A stretch of DNA of 64,000 nt from Candidatus Cloacimonadales bacterium (GTDB lineage Bacteria; Cloacimonadota; Cloacimonadia; Cloacimonadales; JAIOQZ01). The stretch's first letter is position 1, and every line of letters begins with the position of its first letter. A model generated the notes under the pieces. That model ran no database searches. It was not told the origin of the DNA and saw nothing but the letters and a program-made list of their open reading frames with translations. The stretch covers positions 2,208,001 through 2,272,000 of the forward strand of contig OY762463.1 in assembly GCA_963665815.1 (NCBI GenBank), read 5' to 3'. Shown here piece after piece: positions 10,101 through 18,589 of this stretch. The position numbers and the translations under genes were made by a program.

Positions 10101-12317
10101 GTAATACCAATCTGTGTCAAGTCCCTCAACCATATAAGCATATTGATTTCTCTCAGGATTCATATAGTCAAAAGCAATAAACTCAAACTCAAAGAAATTA
10201 TCTTTCCAATCCAGATTTATCTTTTTCAGCCTTTCCGGAGCTTTTCCAAAATCAGCGTTAACTCCTCCCTGCTTTATTGAGGTAAGTTTTATATCAGGAA
10301 CGTTGTCATTCAGCTCAATATCTTCTGGGAAAAAGCTGTTCATCCCTTTAGTACCACCGAACCACATCTCACCACTTTGAGAAGTAATGCCATTGTTTGC
10401 ATAAAATACATCCCCTTGAATACCATCTGCCTGTGTAAATATCCTGTAATCTTTTGATTCCGGATTGAACCTTATAAGTCCGGAATTTGTCCCAAGCCAG
10501 AGAAAACCATTCTTGTCCTCTCCCATTGAGTGGACAGCATCAATGGAAAATCCTGTTTCTCTTGAGTAGTTTGTAAACTCCTCTGTCTCGAAATCAATAA
10601 CACTCAAACCATTTTCGGTTCCTATCCACAATTGCCCTTTGGTATCAACAAGCAAAGAAACCTGAAGGTTATCACAAATGCTTTTTTTATCATCAGGATT
10701 ATGCTGTAGATACGTAAACTGTTCTGTATCTTTACTAAACTTTGCTAAACCCTCTCCCCAGGTTGTCATCCAGATTGTTCCTTTTGAATCATCCCATATA
10801 TTCCAGTGAGTTGACGTTCCGAAAGTCCTGAATCTTTCAGTTTTTTTATTAAACTTTATCAATCCTTTAAATGACCCAATCCATAGTATATCTTTATTAT
10901 CCGGATCCTCAATGATTGAGTTAAGCTGCTGAGCATCTGGTAAACTGTAGGGATCTTTCGGATCAAAAATATATGACTTCACGACTTTCCCATTATCCCT
11001 GTCAAAAAGAGATAGGGCAGACGGGACAGCAGAACCAACCCAGAAATTTCCATCAGAGTCTTCAAAAAAACCCGGAGTATAATTTGTTACTGAAGGGATT
11101 GTTGAAGAGTCTCCATCTTTATGATAATAGTGAGTAAACTTATTCTTTGCCGGATTATATCTCGTCATCGCACCAAGAGTAGAAATCCATAAATCATTAC
11201 GAGAATCCTCATATATTGAGATTACAATTTCACTTGCAAGGCTGTTTTTATTATTCGGTTCAGACTTGAAATGCTTAAATCTTTTCCCAGATGGATTATA
11301 TTTGCATAGTTTGCCACTATCTGTTATAATCCAGGAAATGTCATCATCAACATTATGCAGAACATGAGTCACATCATTGAATTCTCCCTTGAAATGCAGA
11401 AATTCATTTTGTTTCTTATCAATAATTGTAAGCTTTGTCTGATGAACAACCCAGATACGTCCCTGCTTATCTTCGGTAATCTGCACAACATAGTTCATGA
11501 AAAGACTTTCATTGGAATTTGAATCAAATCTATAGTTTCTGAATGTTCTACCATCTGAATTCAGAACACTGACCCCGTTGCTTTCTGTACCAATCCAGAG
11601 ATCTCCATCGGAATCCTGATAGATTGCCATAACAATATCATCACAAATTGATGTATTATCTCCGTCGTTATGAAGAAAACGTTCAATCTTTCCATCTTCA
11701 GGATAAATTACATTCAATCCGTTTTCCGTACCAACCCAGATACGCCCCTGCTTATCCTCATAAACAGCTCTCACGTTATCCGAGCTTAAACTGTTTGCAT
11801 TAAACTCATTATGTCTGAAATGAGTGAAAGTTTCCGCTTTTTTATCGAATTTATTTAAACCTCCGCCAATTGTTCCCAGCCACAAGTTCCCTCTACTGTC
11901 TTCGATAAAAGTGTTTTTTCCTTCCCAGTATACACTTGCACTGCTTAATCCGTTTTCATTTTCAGGATCATGCAGGATGTTTTCAATAGTATTTCTATCC
12001 TTGTCATACTTTGTCAAGCCGGAGCCATTTGATACAAACCATAAGACTCCATCTGTATCTTCCAGAATAGAAGATATGTTATTACTGGAAACAAATTCAG
12101 AAGATTTCAGGTAATGCTTCAATGTTTTACCATCATATCGGTATAGCCCATCAACATATGAACCAATCCAGAAAAAGCCATCACTGTCCTGTAAAAGGAC
12201 AATTGCCTGAGATTCAATATCTCCTGCATATTCCAGATTTAAATCAATATCCTTAACGATTCCTGATAATGTAATTATACAGGCTGATAATAACAATATT
12301 ATCAGTTTCTTCTTCAT
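7110..12317 (-). CDS. Hybrid sensor kinase: beta-propeller/Y_Y_Y sensor, TM, HisKA-HATPase-REC, PAS, HisKA-HATPase-REC
   Basis: Reg_prop repeats (EDSRGNLWLGT). H-boxes SHELRTPL and AHDFNNML, two G-box sets, two REC domains (LLDVMMP, ILDMVMP). Confidence 0.92.
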   Translation of the reverse strand: MKKKLIILLLSACIITLSGIVKDIDLNLEYAGDIESQAIVLLQDSDGFFWIGSYVDGLYRYDGKTLKHYLKSSEFVSSNNISSILEDTDGVLWFVSNGSGLTKYDKDRNTIENILHDPENENGLSSASVYWEGKNTFIEDSRGNLWLGTIGGGLNKFDKKAETFTHFRHNEFNANSLSSDNVRAVYEDKQGRIWVGTENGLNVIYPEDGKIERFLHNDGDNTSICDDIVMAIYQDSDGDLWIGTESNGVSVLNSDGRTFRNYRFDSNSNESLFMNYVVQITEDKQGRIWVVHQTKLTIIDKKQNEFLHFKGEFNDVTHVLHNVDDDISWIITDSGKLCKYNPSGKRFKHFKSEPNNKNSLASEIVISIYEDSRNDLWISTLGAMTRYNPAKNKFTHYYHKDGDSSTIPSVTNYTPGFFEDSDGNFWVGSAVPSALSLFDRDNGKVVKSYIFDPKDPYSLPDAQQLNSIIEDPDNKDILWIGSFKGLIKFNKKTERFRTFGTSTHWNIWDDSKGTIWMTTWGEGLAKFSKDTEQFTYLQHNPDDKKSICDNLQVSLLVDTKGQLWIGTENGLSVIDFETEEFTNYSRETGFSIDAVHSMGEDKNGFLWLGTNSGLIRFNPESKDYRIFTQADGIQGDVFYANNGITSQSGEMWFGGTKGMNSFFPEDIELNDNVPDIKLTSIKQGGVNADFGKAPERLKKINLDWKDNFFEFEFIAFDYMNPERNQYAYMVEGLDTDWYYSGNRNYGRYAGIPPGNYTLRLKGSNNDGVWNKEGTSIEVNVLSPPWLRWWAYLIYAVVIMTSVMIYHKMQTEKFLREKKTTERLKELDRLKDDFLANTSHELRTPLNGIIGLAESLIDGVAGEMSSVAIKNLRMIVLSGRRLASLVNDILDFSKLKYKELNLDLQPVNLHSIVDVIITIIKGSNNNDNVEILNRIDTDFRLVLADENRIQQIFYNLIGNSVKFTEEGLIVIDAVLEDEFVRISVSDTGIGIPEDKQESIFKSFEQVDSSTERTYGGTGLGLAITKQLIELHNGSISVRSKYGDGTTMIFTLPAAPENVEASEISFNKINVSDDNLIQKEVDSDKTVELSSYKPNILIVDDEPVNLQVLTNHLSMQNYNVVKVDNGEDALKSIEDSFNNDTPFDIVLLDVMMPKMSGYEVCRRLREKFPAHKLPVMMLTAKNRIEDLVTGLDVGANDYLTKPVTKSELLARIKSQYTIKSLSDEHEQMNVVLQKANESVKSAKNHLSSIINSMPSAIFSLDESGNISMMNASAADMIHLSVPDAEGRSISEVLPDIFNDLSKIEKSIQERRILTISNNEAERNGKTVIEDIIVYPLSLNDRIGAVVRIDDVTEKYNLEQQLIQAGKMDSIGKLTGGIAHDFNNMLSGIMGSAELLKFSSDFNELQTKYIDLIIKTSSRAADLTSKLLAFGRKGEVSFKTTDLHEVILDSIDILKRSIDKKIKIKTELNAETYTVIGDSAQLQSVVMNLGINASHAMENGGELKISSNVRILSEAYCKNSLSDISPGRYIELEVSDTGCGIPEDKLQKVFEPFYTTKDVGKGAGLGLSTVYGTIKSHHGAVTVYSEVNRGTVFHIMLPLTDFVVLNGEKNEEIIKGSGTILLADDENVIRIISGAMIKQMGYKVIVAENGKDAWEKYRENQSEIDLVILDMVMPEMNGLEALRKMKELDQNVKVLFSSGFAREEDLAEIKSEIAGFIKKPFSEVELSKMIYESINKGD

Positions 12318-12343
12318 TTACGCTCCATATGACTTTGAATATA

Positions 12344-13171
12344 TTATGACTCTTGAATTCTATACTTATCTACAATTTTCTGATATTCTCCATTTTCAAT
12401 AATTTTTCTGTAACCTTCATTAAATTTTGCTATCAGATATTCGGCATCCGGAAATTTTTTTGATATTAGTAAGTAAACATATTCATTCGTTATTAATTTT
12501 GGATTATATACTATCTTCTTCCGGTCATCCTTCGAGAAACACGAACCCAGAAGTTTATCAGCAACTAAAACATCACAATCGAATAAATCTATTCTTTTAC
12601 CATATAGTTTTTTCAGATTTGTAGAATCATCTTCAGCTATTTCGATACTAATACCTTCATTTTTCAGAGCTTCTCTCATCACTTTCAGATAAGAATAACC
12701 TCTTGTATGTCCTATCGTTAATCCCTTCAGATCATTAACATCATTCCATTTAAAATCAAAATCCTTTCTATGAAAAAAAGCATGCATGTTTTTGTATAAT
12801 CCTTGATCCGAATAAAAGAAATACTCCTGCTTATATGGTTCTTTATACCAACCGAAAGATCCGGCGTACTTAGAGCTGAATTTTGAATTTTCAATTGCTC
12901 CAATCCAGGTCATCCAAAGAAATTCAGTCTCTATTCCAACTTCAGAATAAGCTGCTGTAACTATCTCACAGAGCATTCCGTTACTTTCCATATCCTCAGA
13001 ACAAAATGGAGACCATTCTCCTATCAAAAAAACAACTCTATCAGGAAGAGAATACAAACTTATTGCAAAAACGAAGAACAACAATACTATTAAGTGAAAC
13101 TTTCTTCGACTTAATAGTTGCTTTCTAATCTGATTATCAAACCAAACTCTATTTTTTAACAATCTTTTCAT
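12344..13171 (-). CDS. Solute-binding protein family 3-like periplasmic protein
   Basis: GEWSPF, GMLCEIVTAAY, IGHTRGYSY, KFNEGYRKIIENGEYQKIVDKY. Confidence 0.8.
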   Translation of the reverse strand: MKRLLKNRVWFDNQIRKQLLSRRKFHLIVLLFFVFAISLYSLPDRVVFLIGEWSPFCSEDMESNGMLCEIVTAAYSEVGIETEFLWMTWIGAIENSKFSSKYAGSFGWYKEPYKQEYFFYSDQGLYKNMHAFFHRKDFDFKWNDVNDLKGLTIGHTRGYSYLKVMREALKNEGISIEIAEDDSTNLKKLYGKRIDLFDCDVLVADKLLGSCFSKDDRKKIVYNPKLITNEYVYLLISKKFPDAEYLIAKFNEGYRKIIENGEYQKIVDKYRIQES

Positions 13172-13886
13172 AAACTCCATTCTCCTTGATAATTTCCATA
13201 CCCTCATCAAATTTCTTAATTATGTAATCTGCTTTGGGGTGTGATTTCGATACAAGGAGCATTAAAGGTGAATCACTAAGCACTTCCTGTTTATATGTCA
13301 GCAACTCTCCTTCTTGAGGAGTAAGCTTATTATTTATTATATCCCTACCTACATACAAGTTGCAATCAAACAAGTCAATTCTACCGTTTACAAGTTTTTT
13401 AAAATTAATTAAATCAGAATCTGCAATATCCATAACGAGTCCTTTTTCAACAGCAGTTTTTAATGCTCCCATGTTTGCATAACCTCGTGTATGTCCAACT
13501 TTTTTCCCCATGAGGTCTTTGGCTTTGTTACTCCATGAGAATTTGTAATCTTTTCTATGAAACAATACTTGTTTATCACTGACAATCTGATTTTTGGAGT
13601 ACACGAAATGCTTCATCCTTTCATCAGTTTTACCCCAGCCAACAGTTCCATCGTAATTGTAATCTGATTTCACAATCTCCAGAGCTCTGTTCCAGGGCAT
13701 CCACTGGTATTTTACTTCTATACCCACTTCTTTAAAGGCAGCCGTAACTATTTCAGGCATAATACCATAACCATCTAATGTTTTTGAACTGTAGGGTGCC
13801 CATTCACCAATTGTAAAAGTTAATGTGTTCTGAGCAAAAAGGACTGTAGAAAGTAATAATACAATAATCATTACAGTATATTTCAT
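13149..13886 (-). CDS. Solute-binding protein family 3-like periplasmic protein (paralog of neighbour)
   Basis: Signal peptide, GEWAPY, MPWNRAL, VGHTRGY, KFDEGMEIIKENGVYEKI. Confidence 0.82.
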   Translation of the reverse strand: MKYTVMIIVLLLSTVLFAQNTLTFTIGEWAPYSSKTLDGYGIMPEIVTAAFKEVGIEVKYQWMPWNRALEIVKSDYNYDGTVGWGKTDERMKHFVYSKNQIVSDKQVLFHRKDYKFSWSNKAKDLMGKKVGHTRGYANMGALKTAVEKGLVMDIADSDLINFKKLVNGRIDLFDCNLYVGRDIINNKLTPQEGELLTYKQEVLSDSPLMLLVSKSHPKADYIIKKFDEGMEIIKENGVYEKIVKK

Positions 13887-14016
13887 AGTTTCCTCCATAA
13901 GTTAGATTATAGAAAAAATAGTATTGAAACAGGTTATAAGCAACAAAAAAGCACTTTGAATCTAAAGCAAATGCAGTTCTACAGTATCAATAATTTATAA
14001 GTTGCTCGACGTCGCG

Positions 14017-15429
14017 TTAAAACTGAAAATAGATGAATTGAGAATCATTAAGAACACCTGACAGAATAATCAACAGGACACCGGAAAAGTAAATAATCCA
14101 TCTGGTAACTACAGATTTATCCCTTAAAAACTCATCCAAACCTTTGAATCTGATAACAGAATCAACAACAATCAGAATTATTATTCCGGGAATATAATAA
14201 GCCCAGAACCTTGACTTTGCCCAAAATGGTAGTGCTACTTCAAAGTGTACAATACCTGAGATAATTGCAAAAGCCTTTGAAACAGAATCTGCTCTGAAAA
14301 AAATCCAGGCAAAACAGGTGACAATAAATGTAACAATTGTTCCCGACAGTAAGGATAATTTGTTTCTATGTCTACCTTTTGAAACTGATTTCTCAAGACA
14401 GAACCAGACTCCATGAATGGTTCCCCAAATGATAAAAGTCCAGTTCGCTCCATGCCAGAGTCCACTTATCAGAAATGTTGCCATCAAATTCAAGTATTGT
14501 CTGAAACTTGCTACTCTGTTTCCACCAATCGGTATATAGAAGTAGTCTCTGAACCAGGTTGATAATGATATATGCCACCGTTGCCAGAATTCTCTGATTG
14601 ATGCTGCGAAATAAGGTGTTCTGAAGTTGGTCATTAAGTCAAAACCAAGACTCTTTGCTGTCCCTATGGCAATATCTGAATATCCTGAAAAATCGCAGTA
14701 TATCTGAATAGCAAAGAACACTGTTGCTATAATGAGACTGATAGAATTGTGGTTACCGGGATTGTTGTAAACAGGTTCAACATAAGTAGCAAGTCTGTCG
14801 GCAATTACAACTTTCTTAATCATCCCCCAGAGAATCAGTCTGAAACCCTTTACAACATTGTATTGATTGAAATATATCCTTTTCGTGAATTGCGGAAGCA
14901 AATGAGAAGCCCTTTCTATAGGTCCGGCTACAAGCTGAGGGAAAAAACTAACAAAGGCAAAAAAATCAATAATACTGTTTGCAGGTTTGATTTTCCTTTT
15001 GTATATATCAATAGTATAACTTAATGTCTGAAACGTATAGAAACTTATACCGACCGGGAGAATCAGCTTTATTCTTGTATATTCTACAGGTTTACCGAAA
15101 ATTGAAAAAGCACTGCAAAAGCTTTCCAGAAAAAAGTCCGCATATTTAAAATAGAACAAAAGTCCCAGATTAGCTACCAGACTGATTATCAGATACATTT
15201 TTCTATGTGATTTCCTGTTTTCATGAAATATTCGTTTACCAATGTTAAAATCTACAAAAGAGCTGAATACTATGAGAATAAGGAATCTCCAGTCCCACCA
15301 GCCATAGAACACATAGCTGACAAGTAGAATAAATGTATTTCTTATCTTGATCTTATCATGAAAGAAGAACCAGTATAAAAGAAATACAGCAGGAAAAAAT
15401 ATCATGAATTCTATGGAATTAAACAGCAT
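14017..15429 (-). CDS. MBOAT family O-acyltransferase (AlgI/DltB/PatA-like)
   Basis: LPVGISFYTFQ, FFPQLVAGPIERA, DFSGYSDIAIG, FWQRWHISLSTWFRDY, SGLWHGA. Confidence 0.95.
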   Translation of the reverse strand: MLFNSIEFMIFFPAVFLLYWFFFHDKIKIRNTFILLVSYVFYGWWDWRFLILIVFSSFVDFNIGKRIFHENRKSHRKMYLIISLVANLGLLFYFKYADFFLESFCSAFSIFGKPVEYTRIKLILPVGISFYTFQTLSYTIDIYKRKIKPANSIIDFFAFVSFFPQLVAGPIERASHLLPQFTKRIYFNQYNVVKGFRLILWGMIKKVVIADRLATYVEPVYNNPGNHNSISLIIATVFFAIQIYCDFSGYSDIAIGTAKSLGFDLMTNFRTPYFAASIREFWQRWHISLSTWFRDYFYIPIGGNRVASFRQYLNLMATFLISGLWHGANWTFIIWGTIHGVWFCLEKSVSKGRHRNKLSLLSGTIVTFIVTCFAWIFFRADSVSKAFAIISGIVHFEVALPFWAKSRFWAYYIPGIIILIVVDSVIRFKGLDEFLRDKSVVTRWIIYFSGVLLIILSGVLNDSQFIYFQF

Positions 15430-16358
15430 CAGTTTTCCTCATTGTATCCACTGCCTTTCATATGAGAAAGCAGAATTTTAGAAAACTTATCGGCTCCAGC
15501 AGCGTTTAGATGTCCATAATCGTAAAAATCTTCTCTACTGAAATCATTCTCAGAAAATAATTCTGTTGACTTCATAATGCTTATTTTATCAGATTCAATA
15601 TATTCAATTATTTTCGGAGGATACTGTCTGGAATCTTTAATGTATGTCGGAGATTCCATCAGAGTGAGTTTTATATCAGAATCTCTACACAACTCGAAAA
15701 ATTCAATATAGTAATCCACTATCTTATCATTGTATAAATTGTCATCTTCTTCAGGTTTCTTACCTGTCTTTATTCTACAGCCTTTAACAGGTTTATAGCC
15801 CAGAATGTATTCTTTATCTTCCGGTCTTATCATTTCCTTGAGGATGTACTCGATCTTTGAGTTAAATGCATAGGATCTCAGCAGCAGTTTCAGTCTGTTA
15901 AATGGGGATATTCTTATATATTGATCCTTAACAGCTTTACAGTCGCTGAAAACAAGAAGGTTCTCAAAGTCTCTGTATAGTTTTTCATTGAAGTTTCGAC
16001 GTGAAAACTCAAGAATTATCCGATCTGGTTTGTATCCGTTTTCAATAAAGTACTTGAGGAGGGTTATCTGAAAATAAATATCGATTGAGTCCATACCGCC
16101 ATTAAAGACAGTCTTATCCAGACCTTCTGCCAGTATTTGCGGATTAACGTGACGTCCCATACGTGAGTTACCCATAAGAAGTATCTCCGGTTTGTATTCC
16201 AGAATGTAATTGATGTTTCCACCAAATTTACCGTATCTGGTTTTCGCAACCATTTTGCGGAAGACAAATCCAAGAGCAAAGTCCAGAATAAGCAATATTA
16301 TTATGAACAGCAGGATTTTCTTCAAAAAATTCAGGAGTTCACGGTGTCCGGATTTCAT
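15429..16358 (-). CDS. SGNH-like (DltD/AlgJ-type) partner of the MBOAT
   Basis: N-terminal TM, GNSR block and DYGHLN (DxxH) motif. Translationally coupled to the MBOAT gene. Confidence 0.7.
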   Translation of the reverse strand: MKSGHRELLNFLKKILLFIIILLILDFALGFVFRKMVAKTRYGKFGGNINYILEYKPEILLMGNSRMGRHVNPQILAEGLDKTVFNGGMDSIDIYFQITLLKYFIENGYKPDRIILEFSRRNFNEKLYRDFENLLVFSDCKAVKDQYIRISPFNRLKLLLRSYAFNSKIEYILKEMIRPEDKEYILGYKPVKGCRIKTGKKPEEDDNLYNDKIVDYYIEFFELCRDSDIKLTLMESPTYIKDSRQYPPKIIEYIESDKISIMKSTELFSENDFSREDFYDYGHLNAAGADKFSKILLSHMKGSGYNEEN

Positions 16359-16383
16359 TTATTCTCCATTCAGGAAATATAGA

Positions 16384-16440
16384 TTGAGCTTTGCATAATA
16401 GCAAAATCAAGTTAACTATTCCACTTATGCAAAGGTCTCA
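16384..16440. mobile_element. MITE-like element, internally deleted copy
   Basis: Same terminal inverted repeats as the 20976 and 52855 copies (GAGCTTTGCATAATAGCAA ... TTATGCAAAGGTCTCA). Confidence 0.7.
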
Positions 16441-16481
16441 TAAATGTTGCCACATTAAATCAATGCTGAAAATCTTTGGGG

Positions 16482-16510
16482 AATTTAGTTCGGAGGTGGT
16501 GGTGTGTCAA
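16482..16510 (-). promoter_or_regulatory. Candidate sigma-70 promoter of the SGNH/MBOAT operon
   Basis: TTGACA-17 nt-TAAATT on the minus strand. Confidence 0.5.
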
Positions 16511-16608
16511 GAAAATGTTGGATCACATGCACAGCTCCATTTTCTGAGAAGTTTAGCATTAAACTGAAGCGCAATTATATTTAACTTACAGTGCTTAATT
16601 GTTAATTT

Positions 16609-17418
16609 CTACACCTTCAGCATTTTCTCATCAGAACCGGAAATATAATTATCTATATTCACGTCCTCAATATCTCGTAGTTTTCTGATAGTCTCGGATA
16701 TTCTGTCTAACTGCTCCTCTATAACCGCATATTTCTTTCTTAGAGATTCATCCTGACACTTGAAAGAAAGCATTTGCAGGTTACCGGAAATTATCATAAG
16801 TGGATTGTTAATCTCGTGATTAAGACTTACAGCCATTGCTGAAACAGTTGCTTTTTGTTCAGCTTCAACGAGTTTATCTCTGGTTTCTTCTAGTTCTCTG
16901 TTAATGATTGAAATTTCCTCGTTGCGTTTCTCTAACTTTTCAATTGCATTGTTTCGTTCAATCAAACCGGTAATAAGAGTTGTAACAACCTGAAGAAATG
17001 GTTCAACATCCTCTGAGAAAGCATTACTTTTTGAATGTCCAAAGTTAACTACACCAACAAGCTGTTTTTCAATGAGCATAGGCAGAGACATGAATGATCG
17101 AACAATTTGCTTACTGTCCGGTGAGGATTTATGAAGATTATTGAGGATAACTGTTTTTTTTTCCTTTGCAACCCAGGCAGAAAATCCTTTCCCCATCTCA
17201 AAATTTACAAGTTGGATGAGGTCTACAACCTGACCGTATTCAGCAACCAGATTGATCTTTGCAGTATTGTGATCCAGCAGGAATATTGCTCCGTATTCAA
17301 AATCAATTACATCAAGGAGAATCTTGAAAATCTCATTGTAGTATTTCTTTCTGTTCTTCGACTCGAAGTGTTCAATAAGTCGAACTACTCTCAGGAATAT
17401 GTTTAAATTATCTTCCAT
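16609..17418 (-). CDS. GAF + coiled coil + HisKA phospho-acceptor protein lacking an ATPase domain
   Basis: GAF motifs (GKGFSAWVA, RSFMSLPM, LVGVVN) and H-box SLNHEINNPL. Ends without N/G boxes. Confidence 0.8.
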   Translation of the reverse strand: MEDNLNIFLRVVRLIEHFESKNRKKYYNEIFKILLDVIDFEYGAIFLLDHNTAKINLVAEYGQVVDLIQLVNFEMGKGFSAWVAKEKKTVILNNLHKSSPDSKQIVRSFMSLPMLIEKQLVGVVNFGHSKSNAFSEDVEPFLQVVTTLITGLIERNNAIEKLEKRNEEISIINRELEETRDKLVEAEQKATVSAMAVSLNHEINNPLMIISGNLQMLSFKCQDESLRKKYAVIEEQLDRISETIRKLRDIEDVNIDNYISGSDEKMLKV

Positions 17419-17556
17419 TTCTTTCTCTATCCGACAATAGCTGTCCGGTTTGTTGCAGTATTAAATTCCTTATTGCGTTAATGTCTATTTCTGTAGTGCT
17501 TTCACTTAACATATCGTCAATTTTAGATTTTAGTTCATCTTTTTTTCTATCAATCA

Positions 17557-18579
17557 TTAATCGCCCTTAATAATGTCATAAGTAAATCGACAATTATCTA
17601 CTTTTTCATTATATAATGTATCCATTGATAGAAGCTCGTTTGAAAGCTCTTTATAGTACCTCATCGCATAACTGTTGGTAACTCCAATAGTCAGCAGATT
17701 TTCCTGCCGGGAGTCTAACCTGAGTCTTATTCCTTCGTATATCTCAGATTCATATATACACTGAGATGAGTTAATGTTATTCTCAGTTAAACAACCTGCA
17801 ATCGAGTCTTCAGTTACTACCCATACAATAGTGTAACAGCAATCATGAGATTTCAATATGTTATTTATGTAAGATAAATTTTCAGATAACTCTCTGAATT
17901 GATCAATCCTGCTTTGAGATTCCATAAGTATATTGTTTTCATCCATCAGTTCTAAAAATTGAAGAAATCTATTATTTGACGGACATGGATCTTTCATGAA
18001 AAAGTATCTTATCAAATCTTCATACTCAGGATTATACCTGTAACTTAATTTTTCAGTTTTTTTCGAATATAATCCGGCAAGTTTTCCAATCATATCTCTA
18101 TCAATCCTGACTGATTCGAGAATTGCGCTTAAGGGAATAATATCAGAGTGGTATACAGCGTTTCCAATATTAAGCAGATTGATTAATTCTCCGTTTGCTT
18201 CAGTTCCAAAATGCTCCAGTACAAAATCTGTAATTTCTGCATTTCCACCAAAATAGCCTATACCATTCTGATGAGCAAAATTAACTGCTTTAGATAGGGA
18301 ATCATTGTTATCAGTTAGAAGTTTGAGATGAAGTTTTGGCTTTTTACTCTCTATTTTAACCAGAATTTTCTTGTTTGAGAATTTAAGATGTGATTCAGCG
18401 AGCATCTGCTTACCGAGAAGATGAATAAGATACATGTTTTCTGAGGCAGCTCTGAGGATTCTTGCCGGTATTACTTCTCCTACATGTACTTTATCTGCAA
18501 TGTCTTTCAGAGAACCAAGTTTTCCCGAGCTCTCCATTCTGTTTGTTCTACCGGTTGAAGAGCTGCTTTTACGGATCAT
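17557..18579 (-). CDS. Hypothetical protein; N-terminus resembles FliK-annotated proteins
   Basis: 340-aa ORF in the fliA cassette; VGEVIPARIL...KPKLHLKLL beta-domain pattern. Confidence 0.45.
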   Translation of the reverse strand: MIRKSSSSTGRTNRMESSGKLGSLKDIADKVHVGEVIPARILRAASENMYLIHLLGKQMLAESHLKFSNKKILVKIESKKPKLHLKLLTDNNDSLSKAVNFAHQNGIGYFGGNAEITDFVLEHFGTEANGELINLLNIGNAVYHSDIIPLSAILESVRIDRDMIGKLAGLYSKKTEKLSYRYNPEYEDLIRYFFMKDPCPSNNRFLQFLELMDENNILMESQSRIDQFRELSENLSYINNILKSHDCCYTIVWVVTEDSIAGCLTENNINSSQCIYESEIYEGIRLRLDSRQENLLTIGVTNSYAMRYYKELSNELLSMDTLYNEKVDNCRFTYDIIKGD

Positions 18580-18589
18580 AGTGAATCAG

